A stretch of 62,909 bases of DNA, filler included, from Reticulomyxa filosa (lineage: Eukaryota; Protista; Foraminifera), in assembly GCA_000512085.1 (NCBI GenBank). It is 23 parts of 23 records of this genome, joined end to end, with 100 filler letters (N's around TTAATTAATTAA, not from the genome) between each part and the next. Parts side by side here need not be neighbours in the genome. Positions count along the whole stretch, not along the records: positions 35,334 to 38,942 come from ASPP01026144.1; positions 39,043 to 42,795 come from ASPP01005896.1; positions 42,896 to 43,895 come from ASPP01045768.1; positions 43,996 to 45,412 come from ASPP01021617.1; positions 45,513 to 47,899 come from ASPP01028941.1; positions 48,000 to 49,093 come from ASPP01029005.1; 17 more parts are not named here. One strand, given 5' to 3'. Each line of letters opens with the position of its first letter. Positions within the stretch are counted from its first letter, which is position 1. Shown here piece by piece: positions 36,141 through 49,193 of this stretch. The notes under the pieces were generated by a model. It worked only from the letters and a program-made list of their open reading frames with translations. It had not been told where the DNA came from and did no database searches. A program made the position numbers and the translations under genes.

Positions 36141-38051
36141 TATTTTTTTTTTTTTCTAATTGTAGTTTGTTATTGTTGTTTTGTTTTTTTTTTTTTTTTT
36201 TATGTACATCTTTTATATGCTTATCCTTTAATTTTTTTTCTCTCAAAGTTTTTCGTTTTTTGTTTTTTGTTTTGCCCCTTTTGCTCTTATTGTTTCTAAC
36301 GTCATTTACCTCCCCTTTTAAAGTTCACAATCCCCTATTGAAGGAAATGGATCTTCTGCTTTGCTACTGCAAAATTTTTATAATCTTATATGTATAATAT
36401 ACCTGTGTTTTCGGGTAAAGATCTTTCGATATTGAATTCCTAAAATAAATTTTTTTTTTTGGGGTGCGTTCAACTGGCTCATGACGTGTTTTATGTTGAT
36501 ATACTGCTTTCTTTCACTTTCTGAAGGAAAAAATTTTAGATACATTTGATGATTAATTGTGTTTTTTTAAAAAAAGTTTTAGTAGGTTATTCAAAAACAG
36601 ATGAAATTATACAACTATCAAAATATTATCACACGATAACAAAAATTACTAAATTGTCATATACATACATAGAACGCTTTTGCTGTAATCTCAAATCAAA
36701 CATTTCGTCAAAAAAAATCGTATTTACCAAAACATAACAAAAGCAAAAGATAATAAATAGCTTATATAAAAAAAACTCAAAAAAAAATTATACAATTATT
36801 TTACCATTGGGTGGAAAATGAACAGAAGCAACATAAGCTGAATTACCTTTAAGATGATAATATTCATCAAATTTAATTTGATTTACTGACTCTTTTATGA
36901 AATTGATATATTTAAGATAATTCTGAAGAGGCTCGCATTATCTAAAATTCGTCTTTAAAACTTGTTCCTTCAAGAAAAGCATGATCTAGAATGATATATT
37001 TATTTTATCACAGCTTTGATAGCTTATGTTAATACTTGCTGTGTTGAGAATTGTCGCTGCTTCGCTGCCGCGACGGACAATTTTAAGTTTTTTTTAATCT
37101 TGATTTCAAAATTCGTGACAAGATTTATGCAAAAATTGGTATTGTTGTCACTGACTCTTCTTAACGCATATTTTACAATACTGTCACCATTGAAACACTT
37201 CTCCTAAATATCTTGTGTCTTTGTGGTTGGAATGCTATGAGTTTCGTTCGTTGTTGTTTCTATTTTTTCTTCCACAACATTGCTTTGTTTTATTCTCAAA
37301 ATTGAAAATACTTGAGCCAAGTTCGCAAAGATGTTCTTTTCTTTTCGTTTACATAATACTCGGACACAAAGTTATGGATTTGTTACATTGTTTTTGAATT
37401 CACTCCAAAAAAAGCAGTGGTCAAGAAAAACAACTCCAAAAGACTAGCAAAAAAAAAAAGAAACTGATTTATGTTACAAGAAATTGGATGATTTTTTACA
37501 CTTTAATCACCTTGTGGTTTAGTTCGTTGGCGATTGCGATTTTGTGCATGTTGCTTCTTGCGACCTTCTTTTAAGACATTTAGTGCTTCATTAATCTTTA
37601 TTTGAAATTGATCTTTATCATTTAACAATATCAATAATTCATCATTGTTCGTTCCTAATAACATTCCTGTAATTTTCCCCTTAGGAAAGAAAGATGTCTG
37701 TCAGAAGGGCGTAAGAAGTCTCATAAATTCAAAAATTTTAGAGGGTAAAATTTTTAGAAAGCAAAGTTATCATTACATAAACATAATTGTTATTTAAAAA
37801 TTTTTTAAAAAACATATTTCAATTTTGAAAAAGGCTTTTTGGAAAAATAAAAGCGTTCATTTCATCGTAGAAAATAGTTTTTTTATGACAGCTGCTTTTG
37901 AACAACTGAAAATTGAAATTTTATTTCAAGAAACGCTCGAAACGTGTGTCACCGTTCGTCAAAAAAAAAACCTACTCAAAAAAAAATTTGGTGTGAAATA
38001 AAGCTCAAGAAAACATTAAAGAACTTTCAAAACCAAAAACTAAGGAAAAAG

Positions 38052-38942
38052 ATGAGTGTAGTGGAGGACGAGAAAACTCCAAAAGAAACAGAACCTGGAG
38101 TTCCAGTTCCTCTCGAACAATCATGCTTCAACAAAAATTGGATATTGCAACTGAATCAGCCAGAACAATTTGAAAACTTTATTTGTTTGATGTGCAAACA
38201 AGTTGCCAACTATCCTATTGAAATTGATTGTCCACAACACGATGATATTGATGAATCACCAATTATTGGTGAGAATTGTTTGAAACAATTTTTGAAAACT
38301 AATCCAAATTCATGTCCTATTCGGCATCACAATAATTGTATTTACTCTCGGAGTGTTGCGATACAACGACATATTGATACCTTGAAAATAATGTGTCCAC
38401 TACAATTTCAACAGAACTCGCAACTGTCAAATCAAAGACAACAAAGAAATGAAGAATTAATGTGTAATTTTAAAGGAAAAATCAAAGAATTAAATAATCA
38501 TTTGAATAATGTTTGTCCATTAAAAAAATTAGATTGTTGGTATAAACCATTTGGATGCAAACATAGTTGTTACAAACATAAATTAAATGATCATTTGTCT
38601 TCAGAATTCAAATTTCATTTTGATTTGATTGTGACATTCATTGAAACATTGCAAGTTCAGACTCTTGTTTTTTAAAGAAATATTGAAATGAAAATTATAC
38701 AAAACAATGATATGAAATAGCAAGAGATAAAACAATTGAAATTACAAATTCAATCAAAAGAAAAAAAGGATGAAAGTAATGCAATGCTGATGAATGAAAA
38801 TATTTCATTGAAAAAAGAAATTGCACAATTTCAGCAAAACGATGAAATAAAAAAAATTGAAAGAGAATCACAACAAGAATTACTCAAATTTTGTGCTGAT
38901 ATTGAGATGATGAAAAAAGATTTCATTGAAAAAGAAAAACAT
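38052..38942 (+). CDS. RING-like + TRAF-type zinc finger + coiled-coil protein; intron 38655-38720, 3' partial
   Basis: [11 protein letters not shown]...[26 protein letters not shown], then [36 protein letters not shown]...HL..H, then a coiled coil. Confidence 0.85.
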
Positions 38943-39042
38943 NNNNNNNNNNNNNNNNNNNNNNNNNNNNNNNNNNNNNNNNNNNNTTAATTAATTAANN
39001 NNNNNNNNNNNNNNNNNNNNNNNNNNNNNNNNNNNNNNNNNN

Positions 39043-40430
39043 AGTTAAAGCAAACAATACGAACAAATAAGTTAATTGCTTGTCATTCTTACAAAATTTT
39101 GTTGCTCCTTTTTTTTTTTTTTTTTTGTTTGGCTTGTATAAATCGAAACGGATGGGTGGATTGCTCTCAGCAGACTGTTGATTATTGATGATAACGCCTT
39201 TTCGAAGCATTTCGATGATCGACTTCCGCGAGCGATGCGTGAGTTGTGCATTGGTGAATGCGCTATCAGCAGAGGGTTTTTCTGGAGCTTTTTCCGCGTC
39301 CACTTTGCTAGCCGCACTCGCCTCGGCCATGTTGTCTATCAAGTCTTCCAGTTTCAGTCGCTTCTTTTTTTGTTGTTGCGTTTTTGAATTTTCCTTGTCA
39401 TGGATTCTCACCGTTCCTTCATTCTTGACATTCATGTATATTTTATATGCAATACGTATACACAGCATTTTGAACGTAAGAAAATAAAATAGTGTAGTAT
39501 ACATTTCAAAAAAAAAAAAATGTATTAATGTGTATATGTATATATTAAATGTGTATAAATATAAGAGGGATACATACTTGTTCATCAGCGGAACCGGTGG
39601 AATCAACAGTCGTTTGCTTTTTAGGTTGAGGAGGAGGTGGATCTTGCAGCTGTGACTGTGACTGCGACTGCGGTTGTGGCTGCGGTTGTGATTGTGACTG
39701 TGGTTGTGACTGTGACTGTGACTGTGACTGTGACTGTGGTTGTGACTTTGTCTGTGTCTGCGATTGTACTTGTGCTTTAACTGGCTTTTTTTCTTCTGCT
39801 GGGTTTTGTTGTACCTTTTTTACTTCTTTTTTTTTTTCGAGATTTGAGTCGGTTTTTTTTAGCGGGGCTGGCTTTGTTGCTGCTGTCGTTGCTGCTGTTG
39901 CCGTTACCGTTGCTGCTGAGGTAGTTGGTTTTGCAGTGGACTGTGGCACTGTCCGTTTTGTTAAAGCACTCGTCGCACTGTCATTCGTTTGACTTGCTTC
40001 TTTTGCTTTACTAGTACTTCGATCTTTTTTTTATTTTATTTCATCATCCCCCCCCCCCTTCTTCTCTCTCTCTCTCTCAAATAGTTTACAAAAGTGAGGG
40101 GGGGGGGGCGGGGGGAGGAAAAGACAACATTAGAGGGGACATTTTTTTTATTTTTTTTAAAAAAAAAAACCTTTGACAGGTGGCTTGGCCTCATTCTGAC
40201 TGGTGACTGTTTTAGTTGGCTTCTTCACACTTTTTTCTTCGGCTTTGTCTTTGCCAAACTCGGGCAATGGGTTAGGCTCATTATATTGCTTTACTAAATT
40301 CATATACAGTGCATGCTCCTTCCCTTTATGCTTCTCCAACAGCACCACCAGTGATTGATGATTCCCTTTTTCTGGACTGTGCTTATGAAGTAAATCTTTT
40401 ATTCGCTGATGGTAAATTTGGCTTCGCTCT
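39043..40430 (-). CDS. Hypothetical multi-exon protein with an N-terminal helical motif and a Gln-Ser/Pro-rich linker
   Basis: Exon YHQRIKDLLHKHSPEK...LLEKHKGKEHALYMNLVKQY resembles a short helical motif seen in many protist proteins. Further exons at 39545-40020 and 39130-39420 have GT-AG boundaries. Confidence 0.55.
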
Positions 40431-41024
40431 TTTGTTTATTTATTTCATTTTTTTGTGCCACAGTTTTTTTTGTTTGCTACTGTTGTTTCATGTCGACACA
40501 ATCATGCTCACTTACACCATGCAAGATAGACAAGTTGAAAACAAAAAGGAAACATATTAAAATACCTTCTTGATTGATTATCGCCGTAGACATTTTTACC
40601 AATTTTTTTTCTTACTTCCCTTTTCTTTTCTTGTTTTGTTGTTTCAAAAACACAACAAAAAAAAAACTTGCTGGACAAAGTCTTTTCGAAAGTGATGTGA
40701 TTAGCCTCTTACGTGCTGATATTGGCGCAAATATTTTTGCAATAGATACTATATTCTAATAAAATATCGACTATCTAATATCATTTTGTTTACGAAAGTG
40801 TTCTTTAATTTTGAGGCGATAAAATTGTGTCAGTGATTATTTGCCTGTAAACATATTTTGTAGCACTACATTTGACAGAGCGTTGACGTAAGTAATGTTC
40901 ATATCAAACTAATTCTTCCTTTTAAAAAAGGAGCAAGAACTCCGATATTTACAATCAAATTTGAAAATTTGTTTTATTCGGCCTTTTTCCTTTGGGGATA
41001 TTCGAAAGAGAAAGATTTCAAAAG

Positions 41025-41593
41025 ATGACCTCTTTGGAAGAAAAATCGAAACCAGCAAATTGGAACGAAATAAAAGAATGGGCAGAAAAGAAAACAACGG
41101 AATATTTTAAAAGATCAGCCGAAGTGGATAAAGCATATAATGAGACATTGAAAGAAAGAGAGAGTTTGTACCATTCGAGGAACGACCATATATTAATCTT
41201 GAAATATGGTTTTCCATCTAAAAAGCATGAAGAATCAGGAAAATTATATGCAGAATAAATGATGAAAATGACGAAAAAATTCCAATTGAATTATTCATAC
41301 CAAATCGGTTCCCTTATCTAATTGAGGCAGATATTTACCATTATTTGTTATGGCATCGAAAGCAATTTAAGGATATTTCGCAAGATACACTCAATCAAAC
41401 AGTTTCTCAGTATGTTCTTGCTGAACATAAAAAACTTAATAATCTTTCATCTTTTTCTCTTCAGCACTTGGATATTATTTGGTTTGAGAATCCTTTACAC
41501 AGACGATCTTATCCTGGTATCTCTCATTTACAAATCTTTTGGAAAGATAACCGTAATCTCCCTCTTTCTTCTTCCTCCACTGTTTCACTCTAA
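41025..41593 (+). CDS. DUF3605 (Gig1-like) family protein with a single frameshift at ~41255
   Basis: NWNEIK...FKRS...Y, then after GAA TAA in the -1 frame: IPNRFPYLIEADIYHYLLW...IIWFENPLHRRSYPGISHLQIF. Confidence 0.7.
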
Positions 41594-42757
41594 GTTGTAC
41601 AATAAAGCCTTTCTCTTGTTCTTTTTCTGTAGCATTATTGCCCCCTCCCCTTTTTTTTTTGGTACTTTGTTTTGTTGTGAGAGAGGAGGGACATGTGCTA
41701 TTTTTTTTTATTCGTTGTGTACCTATGAGCTGCAGTAGTTGTCGATTTCTTTATAGCTAAAACAATTACTTAATAACATCTAAATACTAAACCTGCATTT
41801 CCATCAACATCCGTCACAAAAAGTTCCTTCTTTGAATTTATCTGTCTCTTCGTCAGCGAAAGATAGAAGTTTGCAAACTCCATTTCTAAACCTTTATTTT
41901 GTCCAGCTTTTTCTTGTTTCTGAAGTTGTTTTAAATAAAATAAACAAAATAGTATTGCATCTTGTCTGGAACAATGTTCTTTACCTTCGATCGGAGTAAT
42001 GGCAAAATGGGATTTAATATTAGCTACAACTAATTTTCTTCTTTGCTAATATTGTATCATTCTTTATTTCAAACACCTCCACTGTAATAGTGATTGAGTG
42101 AGCATTTATCCGTTTTCGTTCATGAAATTTTCACTGTTTAGAAGTGTGGTTTCTTGACCCATTTTGTTGATAGGAATCGTATGTGTCGGTCAAGTAACTT
42201 ACGTCCGAAAGGGGTCTCGCTGAGCATGAAGAAGGAGAATAAAGAAAAGCAATGTGACTGAGATAATGATGATCACGACGAAGATATGAAGCATTTTGGA
42301 TGAATACAAAACACAACATTTGTCAATTGACAAAGGCTGGCAGTGTCTTGCTGAAGACGAAAAACACGTTGACACAGATGCGGTCACCGATCGTAAAAAG
42401 AAAAAAACTGTTCTAATTACTTACATTGTAGATATGAAAGATATGAATTAGTGATTGTGGCTTTTTTTGTTTGTTTGTAATTATAATATAAAGTGATATT
42501 TTCAATTCATATACATAACATTGCACAAAACATATAATAATGAACACTAGTGATCTAATTAAAACAACAATGAAAACAATATATGTTATATATATCAAAA
42601 GACTCTATTTGCGCAAAAATAGTCTGATAATAACAATGCGTTGTACTTGGATGTGGAAATATTGTCTTATATAAAGTAATTTGTGCCAGAAGATCGCACA
42701 TGAGTTTAGTATATTGAAAGTATAATTGTCTATTACCACTTTGATACATACATGATA

Positions 42758-42795
42758 CAGTAGGTTGAAAAGAAAACTGAACGCATAAAACATAT
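42758..42795 (+). mobile_element. MITE TIR (TA|CAGTAGGTTGAAAAGAAAACTGAACGC) cut by contig end
   Basis: Nearly identical to the reverse complement of 62272-62310. Confidence 0.8.
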
Positions 42796-42895
42796 NNNNN
42801 NNNNNNNNNNNNNNNNNNNNNNNNNNNNNNNNNNNNNNNTTAATTAATTAANNNNNNNNNNNNNNNNNNNNNNNNNNNNNNNNNNNNNNNNNNNN

Positions 42896-42932
<37 letters not shown>

Positions 42933-42997
42933 ACGAGTCGCCAACAACGAGGGAAAAAAAAAGCTACTTACAAAACGTGAAAGATAAAGCAACGACA

Positions 42998-43610
42998 TTA
43001 AATGGACAAACTAGTCATGGTGACGATAGAACCGCTCTTTGGACAAGAGCCACTGCATCGCTCTTCCACCGCGTAACGCGAGCATTGAAGAAAGAAGATT
43101 TTGAGTTCTCTGGAGACGTTATTTTCCGTGAACAAATATCCGATGACTACAGTGTGCCAAACAGCAAGGTATACCCCGGCCCATTCTGAATTGTAAAAAT
43201 TCGGAGCAGACGGTCCATTAACCGCAAAGTACTCCAATAATACCATCACACAAATTGTCCAGCAAATCAGCAATGTCGACAATAAATAAAACCAAGTACT
43301 TCCTGGCCGCGAGCAAACATGATAGTCCCAAAACTACATATACACACACATATATATATATATATGTATATATATATATTTATGTGTATATGTACGCATA
43401 TATGTGTATATGTATATATGTACGTGTATATAGTGTCAACTGATCGAATAGTCAATATTGTATGAGTTATCATCCACAACTGAAGAAAAGCGAAAGCAAT
43501 GGCAGCTACAATTTTATGAACCATCGGATACGTATCCAAGTGTATTAGGGTTAACAGTACAAAGTGGGTTGAAAATAAAATTCCGCTCACTGCACAACAC
43601 AGACTTAACC

Positions 43611-43643
<33 letters not shown>

Positions 43644-43860
43644 TGTATGCATATGTATATGTTGACACTTTGTTAGTTTATACGTATTTTCCTTTTTTCT
43701 TTTTTTTTTAGTGTACACAATTTTTGTTGTTTATGTTTTACAATTTCCAGGTTTGTGAATAGATAGAGGCCAAACGGAAAATTATCTCCAGCTGGATGTT
43801 ACGTGAGATCGCAATTAAACACACAAAACATGAATTGATCACTAGCATACATGCGATCAG
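42998..43860 (-). CDS. Frag1/DRAM/Sfk1-like membrane protein, multi-exon, 5' partial
   Basis: TM segments with VHKIVAAIAF (H..A.F motif) and a late SEW preceding the last TM helix. TA-rich introns. Confidence 0.5.
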
Positions 43861-43995
43861 TATACGTAGCGGAGTGTTCACTTTTTTTGTTTCATNNNNN
43901 NNNNNNNNNNNNNNNNNNNNNNNNNNNNNNNNNNNNNNNTTAATTAATTAANNNNNNNNNNNNNNNNNNNNNNNNNNNNNNNNNNNNNNNNNNNN

Positions 43996-44787
43996 GGTGA
44001 AATATCAATACACCAAACAGTATTTTCATGTCCATTGAATACATGTAATGATTTTGATGTCTCAACATCCCATAAACAAATCGTATCGTCAAATGATCCA
44101 GAACATAAATATCTACTACCATTAAATGGTGAAAATTCAATACCACAAACACCTTTAGTATGTCCATTGAATATTTGTAATTGCTTATTATTTTTGAAAT
44201 CCCAAAAACGAATTGTTTCGTCATATGATGAAGAACAAATGACATGTTGACGATGATTATAATAATGATATTGTGAAAATTTCACACAATACACAGTATG
44301 TGAGTGTTCATTAAATGATTGAATTTGTTTGTTGTTATCAACATCCCATACACGAACTGTTTTATCATCTGATCCAGAACAAATGAATTGACAATCATCA
44401 AATGTTGAATAATCAATGCTCCACACAGTTTCAGTATGTCCAGTGAATGTATTGATTAATTTTGATGATGAAATAAATGTTTCAAACATGAAGACAGTAG
44501 ATATCTATGTTAAATAAACATTTGAATATTTTGGTTAATATTTAAAAAAAGAAATAATAGACGAACTAACATAATTGATGATAAGTTTGTCAAACTCATG
44601 GATCCATCCTAATTTGATTTTCAATATTCGAATCCAATGTTGTATGATTACTTGAATCTTTTCTTCTTCAGACTGTTTGAGTCACAAATTACATACAATA
44701 AATAAAACAAATTTTCTGAAAGCTTGTAATAAAACTTACCAACACTATTTGTGTTGAAGTTTGCTTCTCATTGGTAAGAGTTGTCAT
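43996..44787 (-). CDS. WD40-repeat protein with N-terminal GWIxEFxKxIxxY module; exons 44787-44740, 44672-44571, 44504-end; 3' partial
   Basis: MTTLTNEKQTSTQIVL|SEEEKIQVIIQHWIRILKIKLGWIHEFDKLIINY|ISTVFMFETF..GHTETVWSIDYS...WD repeats. Both introns are GT-AG, phase 0. Confidence 0.9.
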
Positions 44788-45998
44788 TTTGTTTTTTGCT
44801 TAAGATTGTTTTTGATGATGTAAAATGGAACTTTTTTTTCTTAAGGGTAATGAAATGGGTTTTCAAAAATATTTTTGGCAACATGAAATAGGATTTTGAC
44901 AATACATCACTTGTATTATAATTGTTGTAATGGATAAAGCTTATGTTCTTCATCTTTTGAATACTGTCAAAAATACTTTAAAAATTGTTATTATATTTAT
45001 TGCATAAGCTCTCTAGTTGAGTATTTTTATTAATGTTGTCTTCATTTTGTCGCATTTTTTTTGTAATTTTTTAAGACATCCTTTGAATTGTATATCTCCC
45101 TTTGTTTTTTTAAAGAATAAAATTATTGCACGGAATATGTTACAACAAGGAGTATCAATATTAATTTGGATAATTTCGAAAGTATCATTCATGAAGAAAA
45201 AGGATAAAAAATAATCAACAGCAGAATTCCTACAATTGATTTTCCTGGCATAATCTAAAATATTTAACCCTTTTTGATGTTGTCATTTGCACATGAATAC
45301 TCTTGAATATGCGTTTCTAAAAAAAATACTAAGCTCTTCTATTTCTTTTTTCAGTTCTTAAATGATGGGGCAAGAAAAGTACTCAAAGGTTGTACTGGTA
45401 GCAAGTTCAGTTNNNNNNNNNNNNNNNNNNNNNNNNNNNNNNNNNNNNNNNNNNNNTTAATTAATTAANNNNNNNNNNNNNNNNNNNNNNNNNNNNNNNN
45501 NNNNNNNNNNNNTTCCATTTTACATGAGTGACACTTCTTTTAAAAAAACAAATTTTTTTTTTTTCATTTGTGTTGCGAAATAATGGCAATTTGAAATAAT
45601 TTTTTAAAGCTTTTTGTTTATGCAGAAATGTGGAGAACAATTTTTTTTTTGTGTCATATGTGTGATGTTGTCGTATCCAATTTTTATCAATTATTGCTTA
45701 TATTTCATCTGTAAATCGATAAATTGCTTGAAAGTCCTACAAAATAACATTCTCTATATTTATTGCCGATACTACTTGAATTGATGAAAATTTTTCTTTT
45801 TTGTGCAATTAACAAAATGCACCGACTTATTTGTTCAATATCACGTGAAAATAGATAAGCAACCAAAAAAGAATCTTTTGATTAACATTGGGTTGATGAA
45901 CGATTTTATTTTGAAAATGAATTTAAAAAAATTAAAATTAATTTTTTTGTTCACAAGTGACAATTAGTTTGATTTGATGGTAAACATAGAATTTGTTT

Positions 45999-47441
45999 TT
46001 AATATCCAGCAATTAGACCAACTCCTTGATTGTATGTTTCTTTATTTTCAACATTTTTCACAACAATGTGTATTAAATATTTAATTCCTTTTGGTAAATT
46101 GTGAATATGACATCCGACTGCATGATTATCAGAAATATCTTTTTGATCACAAAAAGAAGACAATTCTTTTCCAAGAAACCATTTTTGATCCGGAGTGAGA
46201 TTAACATCGCCAATTGTTTCTAAGTAAATATTATACAATGAACCATAGTCATTTCGACTTAATCCAGTTGTTAATAGCAACGATCCATCACCGTTTAATG
46301 GAATTTTTATGGATACACGTAAATCATAGCCTTTGGTCAAACAAAAGTCATCCCAACTCATTCCATGGCGTGACTCATTGTTTGTATCAAAATCTCTTTT
46401 AAAGTTTGCAAAATCATCAGATAATGGAAAGAGCAAAAATTTGTGATCATTACTGGCCTGTCCACCAATTTTGTCATCAAACCATGACTGTTGCTCATTG
46501 TCTGACGGTGCTAATTCCCATCCCGATCTGATTCAAAAGCAATTCATTTACACTTTTTTTTTTTTTTTTGGTTCTAGAAGTTAACAAAAAAAAAAAAACA
46601 AATATATATACATGTGTATATATACATATACATATATATATATAATGTAAACAAACGCTGCCAAGTCATTATTCCATAAATAATCCATAATTCGAAATCC
46701 GACATTCCAGAGTAAAGGATGAAATGGTACCAACGAATAAGGAACAGTGGCGCAATAGGGCATACAATGCTTTGGAGTCCATGTGGAATCTTTGTTACGT
46801 TGATATACTTGTTTGGCCCAATTTCCGCTTTTGGATATCAAAAAATCATCCAACAGTTTGTTGGGATTACCTTCGAGCATTTTATTTGTATGTAGTTATT
46901 ATAGTATTAATATTATTTTCTTCCTCTCTTATAATCGAGAAATTTATTTATTTATTTATTTTTTTTTGTTTTTGTTTTTTTTAAAAAAAAAACAACATAA
47001 AAACAACCTTGTGGTGCCAAATGCGTAATGTCAGCATTGTACTTTGAGATGAATTGCAAAGCGGAAGAGACAAAGTAATAGGCGATCATGCCTGAGTCCA
47101 TGCGATGTCCGGAAGGCGATGGATGCCAGTTCATTTTGAGATGCGCATAGCGCCGGTCTTGGCAAGCAGGCGAATGTCCTTGCGCAAAGTCCCACTGAAT
47201 GATGCCCATGGACGCTCCATACTCGCGAATCAAGTCATCATGTCCATGTCCCAAGTCTTGACTCACTCGATCCCAGCTCTGTATTTTTGGGTCCGCACAA
47301 GAGTACTCTGTGCTTATTCCAGCCCATATGGCCTTTGTATATTTTTATTTAATTTACTTGATTTTTGTCAATTCAATTGATACATTGAATGTAATGGACT
47401 TTCAAAAAAACAAAACAAACAAACAAATAAATAAATTAATA

Positions 47442-47479
<38 letters not shown>

Positions 47480-47726
47480 TGCATGGTACATTAAGTGCTG
47501 CGGCCTGGCGCAAATGCATTTCCAAGAACTGAATTGGAGGGTTCCCACCATCGTTCATGAAGGACTCCCAGGTAAGCACATCGACGGGGTCGGATATGGC
47601 ATCGAGGCCGCGATTCAGGTAATTGGGGGCACCCCACGGGTACACCACATTTTCACTGCCAATGATAGGAGCAATCCATGCATGAGTATTCGTATGCGTC
47701 GCACCGCCAAGCGCAACATTTCGCAC
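45999..47726 (-). CDS. SGNH/GDSL-hydrolase-like protein, multi-exon, 5' partial
   Basis: RNVALGG (block II-like), DVLTWESFMND (block III-like) and WHPSPSGH (block V-like) in successive exons. Confidence 0.55.
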
Positions 47727-47857
47727 CTAGTGTCCAACGTGCATTGTATATATACATGTATATGTATACATATATACATATATATATTTATATATATATA
47801 TATAAATTTTTATGGTGATATTAAATGTGATTGGTTGTCAATTTGTGTGTATACGTA

Positions 47858-47899
<42 letters not shown>

Positions 47900-47999
47900 N
47901 NNNNNNNNNNNNNNNNNNNNNNNNNNNNNNNNNNNNNNNNNNNTTAATTAATTAANNNNNNNNNNNNNNNNNNNNNNNNNNNNNNNNNNNNNNNNNNNN

Positions 48000-48992
48000 A
48001 AAATGATTAAAAAAAAATAACAAAAATAATATTGCACTTACAAATGTCAAAGCGGAAGTGTTGATAACACCATCATCGAATGGAATGTGCAGACTGTGAC
48101 AACAACCAGAAATGTGCATGTCATTTAAGGCACCAGGTACCACATCGACACGAGAGCAGAACTTAGCTGCAAACACTGCATATCATCGCAGCAAATTTGT
48201 CATTCTAAAGTATTGCTGTCAAATTCTTATCATCGACTTGCAAAACTTCGCCAGCTATGTTGAAAGTATTATCCAATTCTACAATGTTAAGTTAGTTTTT
48301 TGTTTTTTTTTTAAAAGCAAATAAACAAAAAATTGTACATATCATACAGATCGTCAAGATATATTTGATAATATGATAGCATTGCAAAGTGAGTCCTGGA
48401 CAGACGGCGATGAAATCTTCAACGTGTGGTTCGACCAGCAACTGTTAGTACAAGTCATGAGTGAAGATCAGTTTACATTGCCCGATTCACCATTATATGC
48501 ACTTAAGGCGACTGAAGCGCTATTGGCGCAAATAAGAGAAATTTGCATAACGCAACCGACGAGCAATTCTATTGTAAGTCGGCCGTGATGCTTATACTCT
48601 TTTTGTGCAAAGATGCGCTGATTTCTCCAAAAGTGGCTTCCAATGGCGCTTACGCCGCCAATGTAAGATCCACATGGCCGTGAACACCGGACAACTTGGC
48701 CTTCACACATTGCCTCAGCTCCGACACGACACATTCGCAATCAACAATGCTATGCATGTCTACAAAAAATTTCATCATCCAATCTACATCGACTATGTCC
48801 TGCTTCCAAGTTATCTTTCTTTTATTTATTTTTTTGTTTCTGCGATAAAGACGTTATATCTTGTCTGTGGCTTGTGTACAGTATACGTGTGGCTCTTGAA
48901 GATGTAAACAAAGCGGCGCAAATGATTGTTGAATTGGAGAAGCCGCAGATGATGATTGCATTCCACCACTATCGTTGTGGTCACTTAATGTG
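48000..48992 (+). CDS. Hypothetical multi-exon gene fragment
   Basis: GC-richer open segments (48112-48285, 48350-48573, 48612-48809, 48882-48992) separated by intron-like AT tracts. No family recognised. Confidence 0.45.
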
Positions 48993-49193
48993 ATATTTGG
49001 ATTGCAATATTGTGCACCAGATAATGTAAAATTTTTTTTTTTTTGTTTATCTGCAATCTGTAAATATATGTTGTGTGTTTGTCACAATAGAATNNNNNNN
49101 NNNNNNNNNNNNNNNNNNNNNNNNNNNNNNNNNNNNNTTAATTAATTAANNNNNNNNNNNNNNNNNNNNNNNNNNNNNNNNNNNNNNNNNNNN

